Assembly (NCBI GenBank): GCA_035084275.1
Contig: CM068746.1
Location: 27,032,001 to 27,096,000, forward strand
Origin: Hydrolagus colliei
Taxonomy: Eukaryota
DNA: 64,000 nt
Reading direction: 5' to 3'
Position numbers and translations under genes: made by a program. Positions within the stretch are counted from its first letter, which is position 1. Each line of letters opens with the position of its first letter. The notes under the pieces were generated by a model. That model saw only the letters and a list, made by a program, of their open reading frames with translations. It was not told the origin of the DNA and made no database searches. Below, in pieces: positions 12,946-26,760 of the stretch.

Positions 12946-15199
12946 TATTGGAACATATCTGTTTTCACACCCTGCTTCCTTTTCAACGCTACAGCCATCT
13001 TGAGAATGCCGACAACACAGTCATTTTATTTCTTTGGTTCAGTTTTATTTTCTCACCAGGGCATCGATTTGACACGTTTGGATCAGCCCTGAGCCCCCTC
13101 ATTTCATCCCTTCGACAATGCCATCTGAACATGCCCGACACAGCCAGTCAGTGCCAAGTTTCTGAATCAGAATAAGCAGATTCTCATGCACTTTCAAATC
13201 CCTTCTGAAGCTTTGCAAGCTTTCTGATTTCAGACTTTGTGTTTGTTGTGTGAATTTGTAGAGCACACTGCAATTTCACAACATTTACTTGGCTTCCCTA
13301 TCCAGGCAAGACTAATCACCATAAATTAGTCCGCCCTGATGAAGCAGTCAGCCTTCATCTGAAGTGTCTATATGGACAATGGTTGTTTTGACAAGAGACT
13401 ATCATGTGTTTCACCCCATGCCAGTGCATTATTATCAGGCACCACACGACCATTAAGTGAGTATCTATCAGCCTGTGCCAAATGACTGATTTTACCTGGG
13501 CAGCAGTCATGCCATCTGCAGTGGTTTCTGGGTCTCTGGATCTTGGTTGTCCACCTAACACAGCAATCAGCAGGGAAAACTTTGCCAGTCACACATCACT
13601 TCTGCTTCAGACGAACACAATTATTTGTTGTCTGTATGATACATTTTGATTTCTGTCTCCTTCCTCCCTCGCTTCCCCCCACCTCCACATGCACAGTTTT
13701 TATGCATGTCACAAGCGGAGACTGACATCATTAAAAGTCCTTTGGTGGAAAGCATGTGTGGCTGTAGTATGTTGCTGCTGCTATATTGTTTGATAGGACA
13801 CAGAAAATCCGAACTTCAGGACGATTGACTGCTCTACACACTGACTGGTAACTCAAATCTGCCTTTTTTTAAACGTGGATTAAGCTGTTCAAAATGGGAA
13901 GACATTCATTGAAATGGCAGGTTCAGTATATTGTAAATAGCCACAGGGGTAGGGGTAGGGAGGGGGGAACAATTAGTTAAGCCAGACAAAAGGGGCATAA
14001 TAGCAAAATGAATAAGTCAGTGTTATCCATATAGACACTTCAGATATAACATAGACTATAGTTTAACATGAGCAAGGTTAATTTAAATTTATTTTATTCA
14101 TATAATTTGCGAAATTTGCTCTAGTTTCGGGAGAGATTTTCATGGTCTGTTGTTTTTGAAATACCCGCTTAACCCTTGGATCCTGAAATTCGCTTGGCTG
14201 CAGCAGTGGTGTGGGATGCACTCACACAATCACAGACATTGATTAAATTATATCTCTCGCGAATCCAGATTGTAACAATTTAATTTGTGTAAAGATTGTT
14301 TTTTACTGATTGACTATATCGATTGCAGGGAATGTAAGTGGGTGTTTAGTGGTGAGAATCAGTTAAAAAACCCACTATAAAGTCCTTATATTTGAGAAAC
14401 CTGGAACGTTTCATATTGGGGGCTACTTTTGAGCACAGTGCCAAACTGGTCCAATTCCAAGATTTCTGCCAAGTAATTTTGATAGTGAACACAAAAGGAC
14501 TATTTTTTATTGGGCACGAGAAGTTAAAAGATACAATACCATTATTCTGAAACTGGTGTGGCATTTAGGAATGTGTTCAGAACTAAAGGCTTTCGCTTGC
14601 TAATTTAACGTTTGAAGATTCTAAAACATCATGTTCATTTCTTAACCCATTTTTCCCTCAAAGTAAAAGCATCATGAGCTTGACTATCATCATGTAATGA
14701 AAGCATCATGTTTCCTTCATAATCAGAAATAAAAAGATAATCAATAACACCCTTATTAGAGTTTTACTTCAGTGGTTTTGTTTCTCATTGTTGAAGTGAC
14801 GTTTGTGGTGGGAAAATTATGCCAAGTTCACAGCGTGTGTTATAGCATGGAAAATAATGTTGCAATTGTGTGGAATTTATTATTTGAACCAGGCATGTAC
14901 TGTATTTCCTGGCCTTCTAAAGGTTTAATGGGGAGAAAAATAGAATTGTGTGTCCTGTACGAGTGACAGAAATTAAAACAAAGTTTATTTTCTGTTGTCA
15001 AGCAACCATGAAGTGGCCGAGAGCAAACACACTAAAGTTCAAAAAGAGTCAATTCATATGACTGAGCCAAAAATCTGTCCCACCTTTTATTTAAGAAGTA
15101 ACATTGCCTAGAGACTTTTGGATTTCTGTTCATTAGGCTTTTGTGGATTCATCAATTTGTGCATTTTAACAAACTTCTCTGCAGATCAAAAGCTTTAGC

Positions 15200-15450
15200 T
15201 CAGGATTGTCAGTGCAAGAGTTAGGACAAAGATTAGAATAAACTTTTTCATGTAGGGTTTCACTAGAGCATGGAAGTGGTTATTGAGGATAAGACTATTA
15301 CATTTTCAAAAGAGTATACATTTAAAGAGGAAGAATATAAAAGGTTTGGAGAAAAGAGCAGAGAATTGGGATAAGCGTAATTAACGTGTGTGAGTTTGGA
15401 CCAGATTAGACTTGTGGGCAGAATTATCTCCTTCTATGCGATAAATGTTT
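15200..15450 (+). mobile_element. Old CR1 3' end fragment
   Basis: Decayed end of ORF2 and 3' UTR ending gggcagaattatctccttctatgcgataa. Confidence 0.5.
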
Positions 15451-15604
15451 ATGAGATCATCTGAAACAGCTGTTTAATGATTATTTATGCTTACAGTGGA
15501 TTTATGAAATGAAGTGTCAAAGCAACCAACATTACAGTTAAAGCATTGTGTTGGTGTTACACATTGAAACGGAAGTGTGGAACTATATTTCTTTAATACC
15601 AGCT

Positions 15605-16055
15605 ATTTGCGGGCAGGCCTTCAGCCATTCTGTTCCCACCTTCTTGAACTCCATCCCGCAATCCTTGGTTTTGAACAACCTCCTTCCCCCCTTCCCTCCA
15701 ACCTCCTAACCCCTTGCCAACCTGCCGCTCCCTCCACTTAGCAGGCTCCAGCTTGCTTCACATCCCTCGCATTGCCCAACACACCGTTGGCGGCCGGGCC
15801 TTCTGCCACTCTGTCCCCACCTTTTGGAACTCCATCTACCAGTCCTTCAGCCTCGCCCCTTCCCATACCTCCTTCAAGAACTGGGTCAAGACTTTCCTCT
15901 TCGACCGTGCCTTTGATCACACTTCCTCCCACCTTCCCATCCACCCTCCCCAATTCCGGCCCCCCAGCTTGGGTCCAAAACATTGGTTGTCTAGCGCCTT
16001 GGGATGTCCTCTCAACATGAAAAGCTCTATGTAATATGATTTTGTTGTTGTTGTT
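15605..16055 (+). mobile_element. L2-clade LINE 3' fragment(s)
   Basis: ORF 15714-16034 has GGRAFCHSVPTFWNSI...FKNWVKTFLF, typical of the L2 ORF2 C-terminus. Tail agcgccttgggatgtcc...catgaaaagctctat...(ttg)n. The GRAF segment occurs twice (about 15609 and 15789). Confidence 0.85.
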
Positions 16056-16129
16056 TATGTTTTAAAACAAATTAGCTATCATAATAAAAAAATTAAAATA
16101 GTAATACAGTACAGTACTTGCTTTTGATG

Positions 16130-16250
16130 TATACAAATGCAAATTGTGTGCCATGCTTTTCACATCAGGACAATGTCTCAAATGTTTTGCAAAATTTACT
16201 GTAAAGTGTATATTTTGTCCGAGAACAGAACAGGCAATTTCCAATTATAC
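16130..16250 (-). mobile_element. Deu-SINE 3' fragment
   Basis: Reverse complement of the tail shared with the copy at 44779-45079. Confidence 0.55.
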
Positions 16251-16804
16251 CTAGAAATACCCTAACATTAAGGGTGGTTTACGTATTTCTCCCTTTCTGC
16301 TGATTTGTTTAAAAAGAATAATGCTTTTGTTGTTTAAACAAGTCCTGATGGCACTGAGGATAGTGGCTTAGTACATTTATGGTGTCAAGCAGCTGAATTA
16401 AAATCAATAGAGGTACAGTCATTAACTGTGAATGTCAATCCAATTCCCTAACACTGTCAGACTCAGCAACTGCTCCAAGCAGTTCTCCCCCCTCCGCTGT
16501 GTCAAGTTACGACATTGCTTTTTCTTTAATGTCTACATGATAGCCAGGGGATGTCAACCAAACCTCTGTTCTTCCTTCTCCACCAACTCATGCTTTTCCA
16601 GGTGTAGACACCCAAGTCCTCTGGAGAGGTGCACCAATGCCTTGACCTCAAGATGGATCTTGACTTCAGTATTGCTACAGGTTATTATTTCCCTGACCAC
16701 CTCCTTCCCCTTTCACCATCTCTGCTCCTTTTGGCTGATAAACCTCCTTTAGGAAGAATACACCCATTTCATGCAGTGGATTGCATGTTTTTTCATGCCT
16801 TGCA

Positions 16805-16950
16805 ATTAGTCAGCACTGCTGTGCAAAATTGGCTGCTGCATTTTGCTCACAAAATACAAAATCAATTCACTACAATATATCCTGTGAAGCACTTTAAAAT
16901 GCCTCAACAACTTGAAAAGGCGCAATATCGAATGCAAGGATTATTATTTT
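16805..16950 (+). mobile_element. Deu-SINE 3' fragment
   Basis: cactgctgtgcaaaattggctgctgc...gaaaaggcgcaatatcgaatgcaaggattattatt. Confidence 0.85.
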
Positions 16951-17254
16951 TATCACGCTTTCATTTGGGGCCTTTGAAAGATTTTTGTTGGACACATTTA
17001 CTACAAAGCATTTATAGTGCCTTGTATTGTATTTTCACAGCTTCAGGAAAAAGTTTAAGCCAAATAAAGATGTGTAAAGAATTGAAAATAAGTTGTTCTA
17101 ATCCTTTAGTTTTGTTTCTATGTGAAGTTATAAGCCATTTAGTGGAAAAGCTAAATGATCAAATGGATAAAATCTTACTTGTAAAATAATATTTCTTTAG
17201 GTATAGTTATGTTCCATTTACATTAATTGTTTACTTCTGGAATTAACTAAATAT

Positions 17255-17381
17255 AAATTGGCTGCCGCATTTCGTCCACAAAATATACAGTTGATTCACT
17301 TTCCAGTATATTCTGTGAAACGCTTTGAGAATTCTTGAAGATATGATAAGGCGCTATATTAAATGGAAGAATTATTATTAC
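17255..17381 (+). mobile_element. Deu-SINE 3' fragment
   Basis: aattggctgccgcatttcg...ttctgtgaaacgctttgaga...aaggcgctatat...attattatt. Confidence 0.85.
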
Positions 17382-20300
17382 TATTGTTCTCCTTGTGGCA
17401 AACTGTAAGTGTTTGGTGTAAACTGAATATTTACCAATACACAAACTCACATGCAGTTGTAGATTTTCAACATGCATGTATTTCAGAGATGGAAAGGCAA
17501 TAGTTTATTTACATGAACGGTAAGAGTCGACCTTTTGTTTCTATCACTTGCTTCGAAATAACCGGAGGTACTGATAGAATAACATTGTTCCCAGCACAAA
17601 TGTGCAAAACTTGCATTGTGTCTCAACAGTACCCAGCAACTGATGCAAGCACAAGGTATCAGGTGTCATTGGTAGGGTAACCATCTGCGGCACACCAGGT
17701 TTCAAGGCATGTCCTGCTTCATTTATCTTGCGTCTAAATTGTATGCCTTAAATCCAAATGTCATGAATCCTATCCCTGCTTAATAAGTGGCAGTTGTTCC
17801 CTAATGTCCTTTTTAAAAGCTCAAAAGCATTGCAGCACTTTCAGCATACCTTAATATCTTTCTTTTTAAGCAGTTCCTTCATGTTCTATTATTTCTTTAG
17901 GCAGTGGAAATAGCAGTTTTTAGGAATCGAGGATTTCCAGGAATCCTTTGTGGTTCATTTTATTTTCACTTAACACCATAGTTCAATACTTCACTCGAAA
18001 ATGAAAGGCTGACTTGAGATAGTTCCACAGAAATCCATCGGTATACATTTTCCAAAACAATCTTTTAATAAAAATTCACTGGAAAAAACAATATTTTAAA
18101 GGGCATATGAAACCTAAATATAGGAAAATGAAGTGTGCTCGGAATGTGCTTAGGTGTGGTTGGAAGTCGGATGTTAAAAGCTGAAGATGATTAATGAGCA
18201 CCTTAATGAAAGACCTTCTCTGATGCCATAGAAACTTTAAAATAGATCTGTAGAAACTTGTTTTGGTTTATACCAACGGAAGTACTTCATGGGAGCAGCA
18301 AGTAATTAATTTTAAAATGCATTTCACTTCTGTAACCAAAGTGATGCTTTATACCAGGATTGTGTCATAACATTGATTGCTGCACCTTTTTGATAACAAA
18401 GTATCCTGTTTAATGGTCGGTCTATATTCTTGCCTGAAATTTTTTTTTCAACAACCGGTTTTAAAAATATTCTGAAACACCTTTCATCTTTAGCAGGTAG
18501 GTTAGGCATCACAAGTATTATGGTTTGATTGTGTTAATCAACAGCCCCCGATTCCCTATGAATAGAACCATAGGAGTCCTGCGGATGTGAATGTGGTGCT
18601 GTATATGATCTATTTACAAGCACCAGTGATCTTGTCCAGCAGCTGTTTTTGCTTGATGAGTGTCATAAATGCTGAAATTGAAACCCCAATTAGATGATCA
18701 CCTCTGCAGAATTTATGTGCTATCGGGTTAAGCTTTGATGGTCATTTCTCACACCTCTGATGTTTTGGTATAAATTTTGGCATTTTGTAATTGAAGACCT
18801 TGAACCAAAAAAATCCCTTTAAGAATTCCTGTTGACCTGGGACAAATTCCATTCTGGGAGGAAATTTTCTTGCGTTTCCTTGGGTCACCGTGACATTCTT
18901 GGCAATCCCCATTTGCATGATTTGGGTTTCGTATATGAAAAACCCTATTCAGGAGCACCACCCAGCTTAACTGATTGAGAAGATTATTCCAAACATTTAT
19001 TGCTCTTTGAGTAAGGAAGTTGTCTTGCTCTCTGTTGTAAATTAATAGGGAACCCAAGTTCATTAAAACTGGTAGCGATCCGCCCATAACTACAATTAAC
19101 ATTTTTGTCACTCATGTTCAGCATTGGTACTTTGTGACAATTTCACAGCAGTCACCTTAAAGGCAGTGAATGCTGCCTTTCGATTACACAAAACATTCCA
19201 TCTGAGCAAGTGGTGAAACCTGCCCCACTATTCAACTGTGTTAAGTGGTACTACATTCATTATATAATCTTCTCAATGTTTTGTTTTCACTGTACTGGCT
19301 GGCAAAATAAAAAGGTTTAATTGTGACTAAATTCCCTAAGTTAGTTGGACCCTTAACTTTGAACTGACTCTTTAGTTACTAACCCTCAGTAACATTAGTG
19401 ACCACACAGATGTGTCACATCAATGGTGTCAAATTGTTTTTGGCTGAAGGCCACATATGTAAATATTCCAACTCTTGAGGGCCATAGGGATTGCTTTGAG
19501 AGTGCTAATAGATTTTAATCTTTATACGTGTTCAGTACATTTTTTTTCCTTGCTGATGAGCGTGTATAATATGTACTCCGTTCGATATGTTAAATTGCAA
19601 AATCACAAATCTGTTGCACACAGGTTAATTGTGTGCCATTTAAAAAAAAATACATTTGTTGCTGGCTACCTGTGCACCTACAATCTGGTGTAGAATGCAT
19701 TAGTACTGAGTTGTATTTCATGTATGTCCTTAAAAGGCTAGCAGAGAAAGATTAACATGGCTGGAATTTAACTTCAGCCTCCAAAGTGAAAGGGCAGTAC
19801 ATAACCATCTTATTTCATTTCAAGCGTTTGGACTTCACAATTATTGATAGCATTGTTCACAAGTGCAACTTTAATGTGTTGTAGGTCGGGCAGTATTATT
19901 GCCAGGATGAAAAGAACATTGTTATTGAGGCATTTAACTTTATTGAAGATGTAACCTGGTCATTATATTCATGATGGATTTGATATTGTAACCCAATCAG
20001 CAGCAGAAACGAGAAAGGGAGACCTCATATGTTCTACCTTTTTAAACCATAATAATGATGTACCTGAAGCTTTACCTTTCAAGTACATTATACATGATCC
20101 TAAAAAAGATACAGATAATGTCGGAAAGGTTGTAGCAATACGGGTGCAATGGACGGTGGGGTGAAATTTACAGTGTTTCATAGCGCATTGTACGAAACAT
20201 TATGAAACACTGCTGATTTCTTCCTGTTCAATCGCTAGCGCCCATGTACGCTTACCTGACAATCAGCACAGTTTGACAGAAGACGCAGATGCCATCCCAT

Positions 20301-23300
20301 AATTTTCTTTGTGAATCTCTGCTCCCTTCTGCCAACATCAACATAGACTTTTGGTAAAAGAAGTCTAACTTTGTTCAGTGAGTTTTGTGATCGGCAGTTG
20401 GAGTGCAGTTGCACTATGAGGTCCAAAATCGTAACACCTGGCAAACTCCCGACCTCCTCCATCTTACCTGAGGGGATGACAAACAGAGGCAAGATAGTTC
20501 CTGAAATGCTCTGAGACATTATCCTGCATGAAGGGCATCTCGTAAATGCAAGTTATTGTTGTTTGTTGAAATATAAGGAGGAGGAGGTCAGAAGGACAGT
20601 ATAACACACTACATTGTTGGTCAGGAAACACTGCAGAAAATTGAGGGGTAATGTTTAGTCTTTTGGTTCTCCTTTGGTACAGAAACTATGTTAAAGGAAA
20701 GTTTGACAGCAGAAAATGATCTAGTACATTCCTCTTTTTGTTGCAAATAATGCCAGTTGTCCCACTGCCAACTGAATACAGAAAAATCCTTTCTCTAATG
20801 ACGGCAGCACCTGTGGGAATTACCTCTTCTTCAAATTAGATTACAAAAGTAAAAGTGTGAGTTGCTAAACTCCTTAAAGTATTTAAATGTTAGGATCTTT
20901 TGTGTCGATAATGATAGTAAAATAAATTTAATACACAATTAATTCATTTATCTTGCCTATTCAAACACTTAATTTTGTTATGAAATAATGGTTTTGAATA
21001 TACTGGCAGCAGGGATTCTTCCCACTCCTGTTAACCATTCATTACCAAACCCTAATGAGTAGGATGATCCCCGCTGGATAAGAAGCGGGAAGCTTGTCAG
21101 ACAGTGCTCTCAGTGGCACGTTATGCATTTTTAGCTGGTTAGACGCCAACAATACCCTAATGTACACTCTCTAACCTCTAAGCAATGGCTCTGACCAACC
21201 TGTGCCTGATACTCTCCCGGATTAGGTAAACAGGGTGCGTCCCTCAAGGAACAGAATGCATATTCTATTCCAGACAAATTGAAATTTCCAGATGTAGGTG
21301 GCATACACATATGGAACTCAAAGTCTGGTTTGGATATTCTTAAGTAACCAAAGTGGTGATGGGTTTCTGAATGTGTCAGACAACCAGCTGTTCAAAAAAA
21401 ATCAGGAGTATTTAGAACAACATAAAAATATGGTCCACAAGTCAGATAAACTAAACATTTCTGACAGTTTGAGAACGTGATCCATTTTTCATTTAATACT
21501 GTATGTTTGTCAATTTTTAAATTCTGTGTTTTTCACAAGTCAGTGGTGTGTTCATGAACATTGAAACAAAATGTACAAACAAGTGGAAGTTTGCACTTCC
21601 CAGGATATGGCTTCAATGGCCATTTTTCCAGTCTTTAATTACGAAGAAAAAACATGCCTCAGCTAGCATGAGAATATGCAAAGCAACAAAAAACAGTAAC
21701 TTGGGTTTATATAGCATCATTTATGAAGTGCAATGTGAAGAATTGTTCATTTTCACAATTGAACTGTTTGGAATATTTAAAACCACTGATTCCATTTTGT
21801 TTTCTCAGAAAAACATATTAGTAATTTAGGATTTCTGAACGAAAACTCATGTGTTAACCAGTTCTATGCAAAGCTTACTGGTGGAATTGATTTGGCATAA
21901 TTTAAGGCAACTAGAATCTGCTTTAAGTGTTGCAGGTCCACTGGTGAATGTTTTGTGTGATCTTGCTGCGTCTTGGTCTTTGTGTGTTGTGTCATTGACG
22001 AAGCCATGTGCAAAACATGGGATGAAGAACGCAGGGTGTGATGTGATGATGATCGTTACATTCAAAAATTTAATTTGAATGAGTTGTTAACTAAAGACTA
22101 CCCCAAGACTGTATGCTAACCTGCGTAAGGGGTGCTGTACAAATTAAAGTTGTTTTTGTTGAGGGTGTGAATTCTTCTCCTTCCCCATGCCTTCAACGGT
22201 TGGTCCTGAAGCCACCTCAAAGACGTCAGTGGAACTGTGTTTAGAGCACTTTCATGGAATCTGAGTTAAATTCAGATAAGTGAATGTGTCTCGGGAAATT
22301 AAAGCATTGTTTTTATATGTCCTTGTTCGAAAAGCGCTGATTTAATGAGAATGTCACTGCGGTTTATTGATGCTATAGGTAGCCTTTCAGTATCTTGACA
22401 GTCCTGCTTCAATTTGTAAATTGCTCAACAAAACTAGTTAATGATTTTGCTCACAACAGGTGACAAATGGGATAGTTGAAACTAAATTAGATTGAAAGAT
22501 ACAAAAGTGATTTATTACCAATATTTGCTCATGCATTGACATTCACTAGCATTGTTAAAAAGTAAGCTGGATGAAAGTGTGGTCCTAACATTTCAAGCAT
22601 ACAATCTGAAAAGTTAAGCACTGTAGTTTGTAACTTTACTGACAAACCAGATGAAGTCAACGTGGTGCTCAGGCAAGCTACAAAATCTAGTTTAGGAAGT
22701 AACAGGAGTTTGTGTGGTCTTAGCAAGGTTCTCAGTTAGATGCATTAACCCACCTAGAGTTCTTAGCTAATTGGAACCAAATTAGAATCTTACTCATAAA
22801 GTCCCACAGGATGCCTAGATTTATAACTGCAATTACCTCATTGTTGCAATGTGGGTGAACCCCTGAAGAGAGACAACCATTTGCCTTCTGATGTATGCCA
22901 TTTGGGTGCTGCATAAGCTGGCATGTGTCTGTTATCAAGGTGCTAATATTCTTCATCTCAATAAACAAATAGAAACTCCTAGGGACCGACATTCAGTACA
23001 AGAAGACTGCGTTTTGGTATATGAAAGAAACATTTTTGATAATCTGCCTGACAAATGACCTCTACAATGACACCTATGTCTGTGTGCATTGCAAACATTG
23101 TGACCAGAACTACATTTCTGTCTCTCTCTCTCTCGTGCGCTTACTTGTATCTACAATACACCATATTCAGACACTTTATGGTATAGAACTCCACTAATGA
23201 CCCGAATCACGGAATTGAAGTGGTATCATTGAATTTTCTTTCCACGGAGCAGTTAATAACAAATTGAAAATATATTCACATTTTTTTGAGTTCAGGCTAG

Positions 23301-24273
23301 TAACAGCTAAATATTCATACTAGCCTCCTCACCAGTGAAACGAGGAACACAGGGGGCCCACGCGGTCATGTTAATTTTACATTTAATCTCTGCACTGGGG
23401 ATTTTCAAGATGGCAGTCAATCACTTGCAGAGAGTGGCAGTTCACATAATGGGAAGTATTAAAGTGCCCTGCATGCTTGTAATAATCCTCATTAGCATTA
23501 CATTAAAAAAAACGCACCTCACACATTGCATAAACAACATATCACATAATAGGGAGCAAGGTGAATGAGGTTCCATGAATGAGGACGATTTTCGGTTTGT
23601 TTGTCACTCACCTCAGTTTACCCACCAAGGCAGCACCTTATGGAATAAACCAGGTATTGTACTGCATTGCAATGCAACTGCATTGTATGTATTGCATTAT
23701 ACTGTCATTGTCCTCCCCCATTCTGTATTCTCTCCGCATAAATATTTATACTTCTGTGACGATTGAGCCTGCTTCATACCCTGAGCGTACAGTGAACTGT
23801 CGCAAGGCGTGTTGTATTCATCACAATCATGTTTTTTTTAAAAAGGACTAATGAGGCTAATTTGAGGATCAGCAATTGGAAACAGACCAGGCGGAGTCTC
23901 CACTCCAGCTATTTTCCTGCCTGAGCTGTGCGGTCTGCATCTAAATATTTAAATGTACAACTGGCCACTTTTCAGGCAACTTTATGTTTCAAAGTGATGA
24001 ATATGAATAGCAGAAATTGAAATGAATGAAGCAACATGTTTCCTGGCTGAGAAGTGCTCGTGGGCAACAAAGTTTTCTTCCGAACAGTTTTCTTCTGAGC
24101 TATCGACTTTTCCCTGTGGCACAGGTACTGGATGCCTTCAGTTATATTATCATCTGATAACTGTTTGTTGGTGAGCCTAAGCAGTGAATATTGTGAGGAA
24201 TTTAACTATGGGGATATCGTAGCCAAACGTGAACCTACCCTCCCTGAAACGGCCCATGTGAGCATAGGTGGTG

Positions 24274-24296
24274 GGAGGAGGAGGAGGAGGAGGAGG
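24274..24296. repeat. (GGA)n microsatellite
   Basis: About 7 tandem GGA units. Confidence 0.9.
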
Positions 24297-25116
24297 TTGC
24301 GACTAAATAGTGATCGAGAACAGGAAACATGATTGATTTATCACCGCCCCCCGCCCCACACCCCACCCATTTAAACTAGGTGAATTGTTAGGGGCCCAAG
24401 ATATTGCTTTGACTGAGATCAGGCAACTAAAGACCAGATATTGAACCTACAATCTTCTGATCTGTCTGTTTAATACTACTAACTTTCCTCGCATTTAATA
24501 TAGAGGGCTATTCACAGCAGGAAGATGCCTCAAAGTACTTCAAAGGATGCAATGTGGAGCACAATGACTGTATTTTAAAGGTGACTGGTCCCCAATGCTG
24601 CAACAAATACTGCCTTTACCCACTGGACTATTGGGAAAGTCTTGTCATGTTTTTCTTTTAAAATAGGAAATAAATCTGAAATTAGAGACCCCATAGCTGT
24701 AATTTGACATGGTTCAAGTCCAACCTCACTAACTACATCAACCCAGCTCTTTACAAGGAGTCGTTTCTTTCCTAAAACAAACATTGAGCAGAAGGAGCAG
24801 TTGAAGGACACTGAGGTGCCCTTAACGCTGCTCCTGTTTTAAGATGGGAAAACCAGATGAAGATCACAGCTGAAAATTCAGTAGTTAACTTTCTGGAGTC
24901 CCTAAATAATCACCTGCGTGTTTGTCCAGCTTAGGATCGAATAAAATTAAAACCAAATAATGTGTGACTTTTCTGAAATACTTTGCATCTCTGCTTGGGA
25001 AGTTGCCCACCAAGACAATGCAGAAATTTAAGAAATCATGAATGGCGCCAGTTTTAAGCTTGCAGTATATTATGGTGTGCAAAGATAGAGAATTTATTTT
25101 TGGTGGGGGAATATAT

Positions 25117-25480
25117 GGAGCCAGTGCTGGATGGTGTACTGTTACTGCTTTACCATTTCACCTCTGGGACGACGAGCTTTAATTCAGGCCAGGCTGATCG
25201 GATGAAAGCCCCCTCTCTCTGGCGGTTGTTAAAGGTCTGAAGTGAAGTACGCTTTTGTATATTTCAGTTCAGTCTCTAGTGGGCGGAGATCCATAAAACA
25301 GGTCCATAAGCATGCACTAATTTTAACTTAGCCATCAGTGCACGTTCCAAGAATTAGCTGTGGTTAGCTTTGTGGGAAATGGAAAAAGCCAGACTAAGAG
25401 GTGTGCTTCTGAAGTTACATATTTGGGATAGAATAAAGTTCTCCTCTTTAGTAAGCTTCTGCGCTGTACCTGACCGAGAG
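25117..25480 (+). mobile_element. LF-SINE-like ancient SINE
   Basis: Colinear blocks resembling the recalled LF-SINE consensus: tttcacctctg, aattcaggccagg, ctggcggttgtt, tttcagttcagtctctagtggg, gcactaatt, gctgtacctg. Confidence 0.6.
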
Positions 25481-25499
25481 TGCAAACATATTGCAACCA

Positions 25500-25950
25500 C
25501 TTCCTAACACTGACATTCTTCGGGTAGATTCTCACCACATTAAACTTTGTACCCTGATTATCCCAGTCCTTGCCAAACTACCTTGGCTCCCTGTTACAGA
25601 ACGGATCAACTTCAAGATCCTCACTCTAACTCCCTCCACTACTACCTCCAGTAGCCCCCTACCTCTCTAAGCTCTCTCCTCACAGCAGTACCCTGCTATC
25701 TACTGATTCTGGCCTCCTCCTTGTCACCTGAATCCTGCTCCATCATCGGCGGCCATGCTTTCAGCTACTACGCCCCGAAGCTTTGGAACTCCATCCCTCA
25801 ATTCACCCACCTCCTTCCCCATCTTCAGATTGAGCCTGAAGACCTTTCTCTTCAACCGCGCTGATGGTCACCTTCCCCCTCCTTCTGGCTTGGACTCGGG
25901 CTCCGCCATTGTGAAGTGCTGTTGTTGTTCTTCCACATTATCTGCAGTGA
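25500..25950 (+). mobile_element. L2 LINE ORF2 C-terminal fragment
   Basis: Encodes PVLAKLPWLPVTERINFKILTL and GGHAFSYYAPKLWNSIP-like segments, then LSLKTFLF. Confidence 0.85.
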
Positions 25951-25954
25951 TCAT

Positions 25955-26072
25955 CATATTTTACTATTCTACTGTTCGCCTGCAAATCACTGCACTACAT
26001 TTTCTGATGCAATTTGGAACATCTCATCGACATGATAAGGTGCTTTATTTATCAAATGCAAGGATTATTATT
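25955..26072 (+). mobile_element. Deu-SINE 3' fragment
   Basis: catgataaggtgctttatttatcaaatgcaaggattattatt tail. Confidence 0.7.
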
Positions 26073-26399
26073 TGAGAGAAAAACGTTTTTAATTTATTAT
26101 TTTAATGAAAAAACTTATATTCCTCCTCTCATTTGACAAGTCAAGTGTGTTCCAGTTACAATTGTAAAATTGATTAGAATTTTCCATGCTGGCTAACTGC
26201 AATTTCTGTAGTTCCTGACCAGTTCACACTTCCCATGAGGTGGTTTATATGACGCACATTTTGTAATATATAGGTCCTTATGCATTCACTTAAACCAAGT
26301 GATTACCCCAGAATGTAGAACTAGTAAAAGTTGGAAATAAGAACTTTTGTGGATAGTTTTGTAAAAAAAAATTGCAGTCCTAATATCGCACATTTGTTT

Positions 26400-26760
26400 G
26401 AATGAAACATAATTTTGCTGGTTCATCAAAAGACATGAGCATTTTCTGGATGTAGCTAACATTCAAAAGCAAGAGTGGAGCAGGTTTCAAGAGGGAAACG
26501 GATAGGTATCTGAAAGAAGAGGACTTGAAAGGTTATATGGATTGAGCGGCAGGCATTGGACAACTTGCTATGAAAGCCCAGTGCAGACTCGATGGGCTGA
26601 ATGGGCCTGCTTCAGTGCTGTAAATCATAGAATTATATAGCACAGAAGGAGGTCATTCTGCCTATCGTGTCTGTACCGGCTTGAAGAACTGTTCAAATCA
26701 ATGCCACTTTCCTCTCTCCGCATACAAACCTGTCCTCCTCAAATGAATGACTTTTCATAC
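26400..26760. mobile_element. Two CR1 3' ends joined tail-to-tail
   Basis: + copy ends gatgggctgaatgggcctgcttcagtgctgtaaat; - copy begins atagaattatatagcacagaaggaggtcattctgcctatcg. Confidence 0.65.

Noticed and set aside
16629-17189. 186-aa ORF
   Set aside because: Runs through a SINE fragment, has no domain-like motif and has no splice support.
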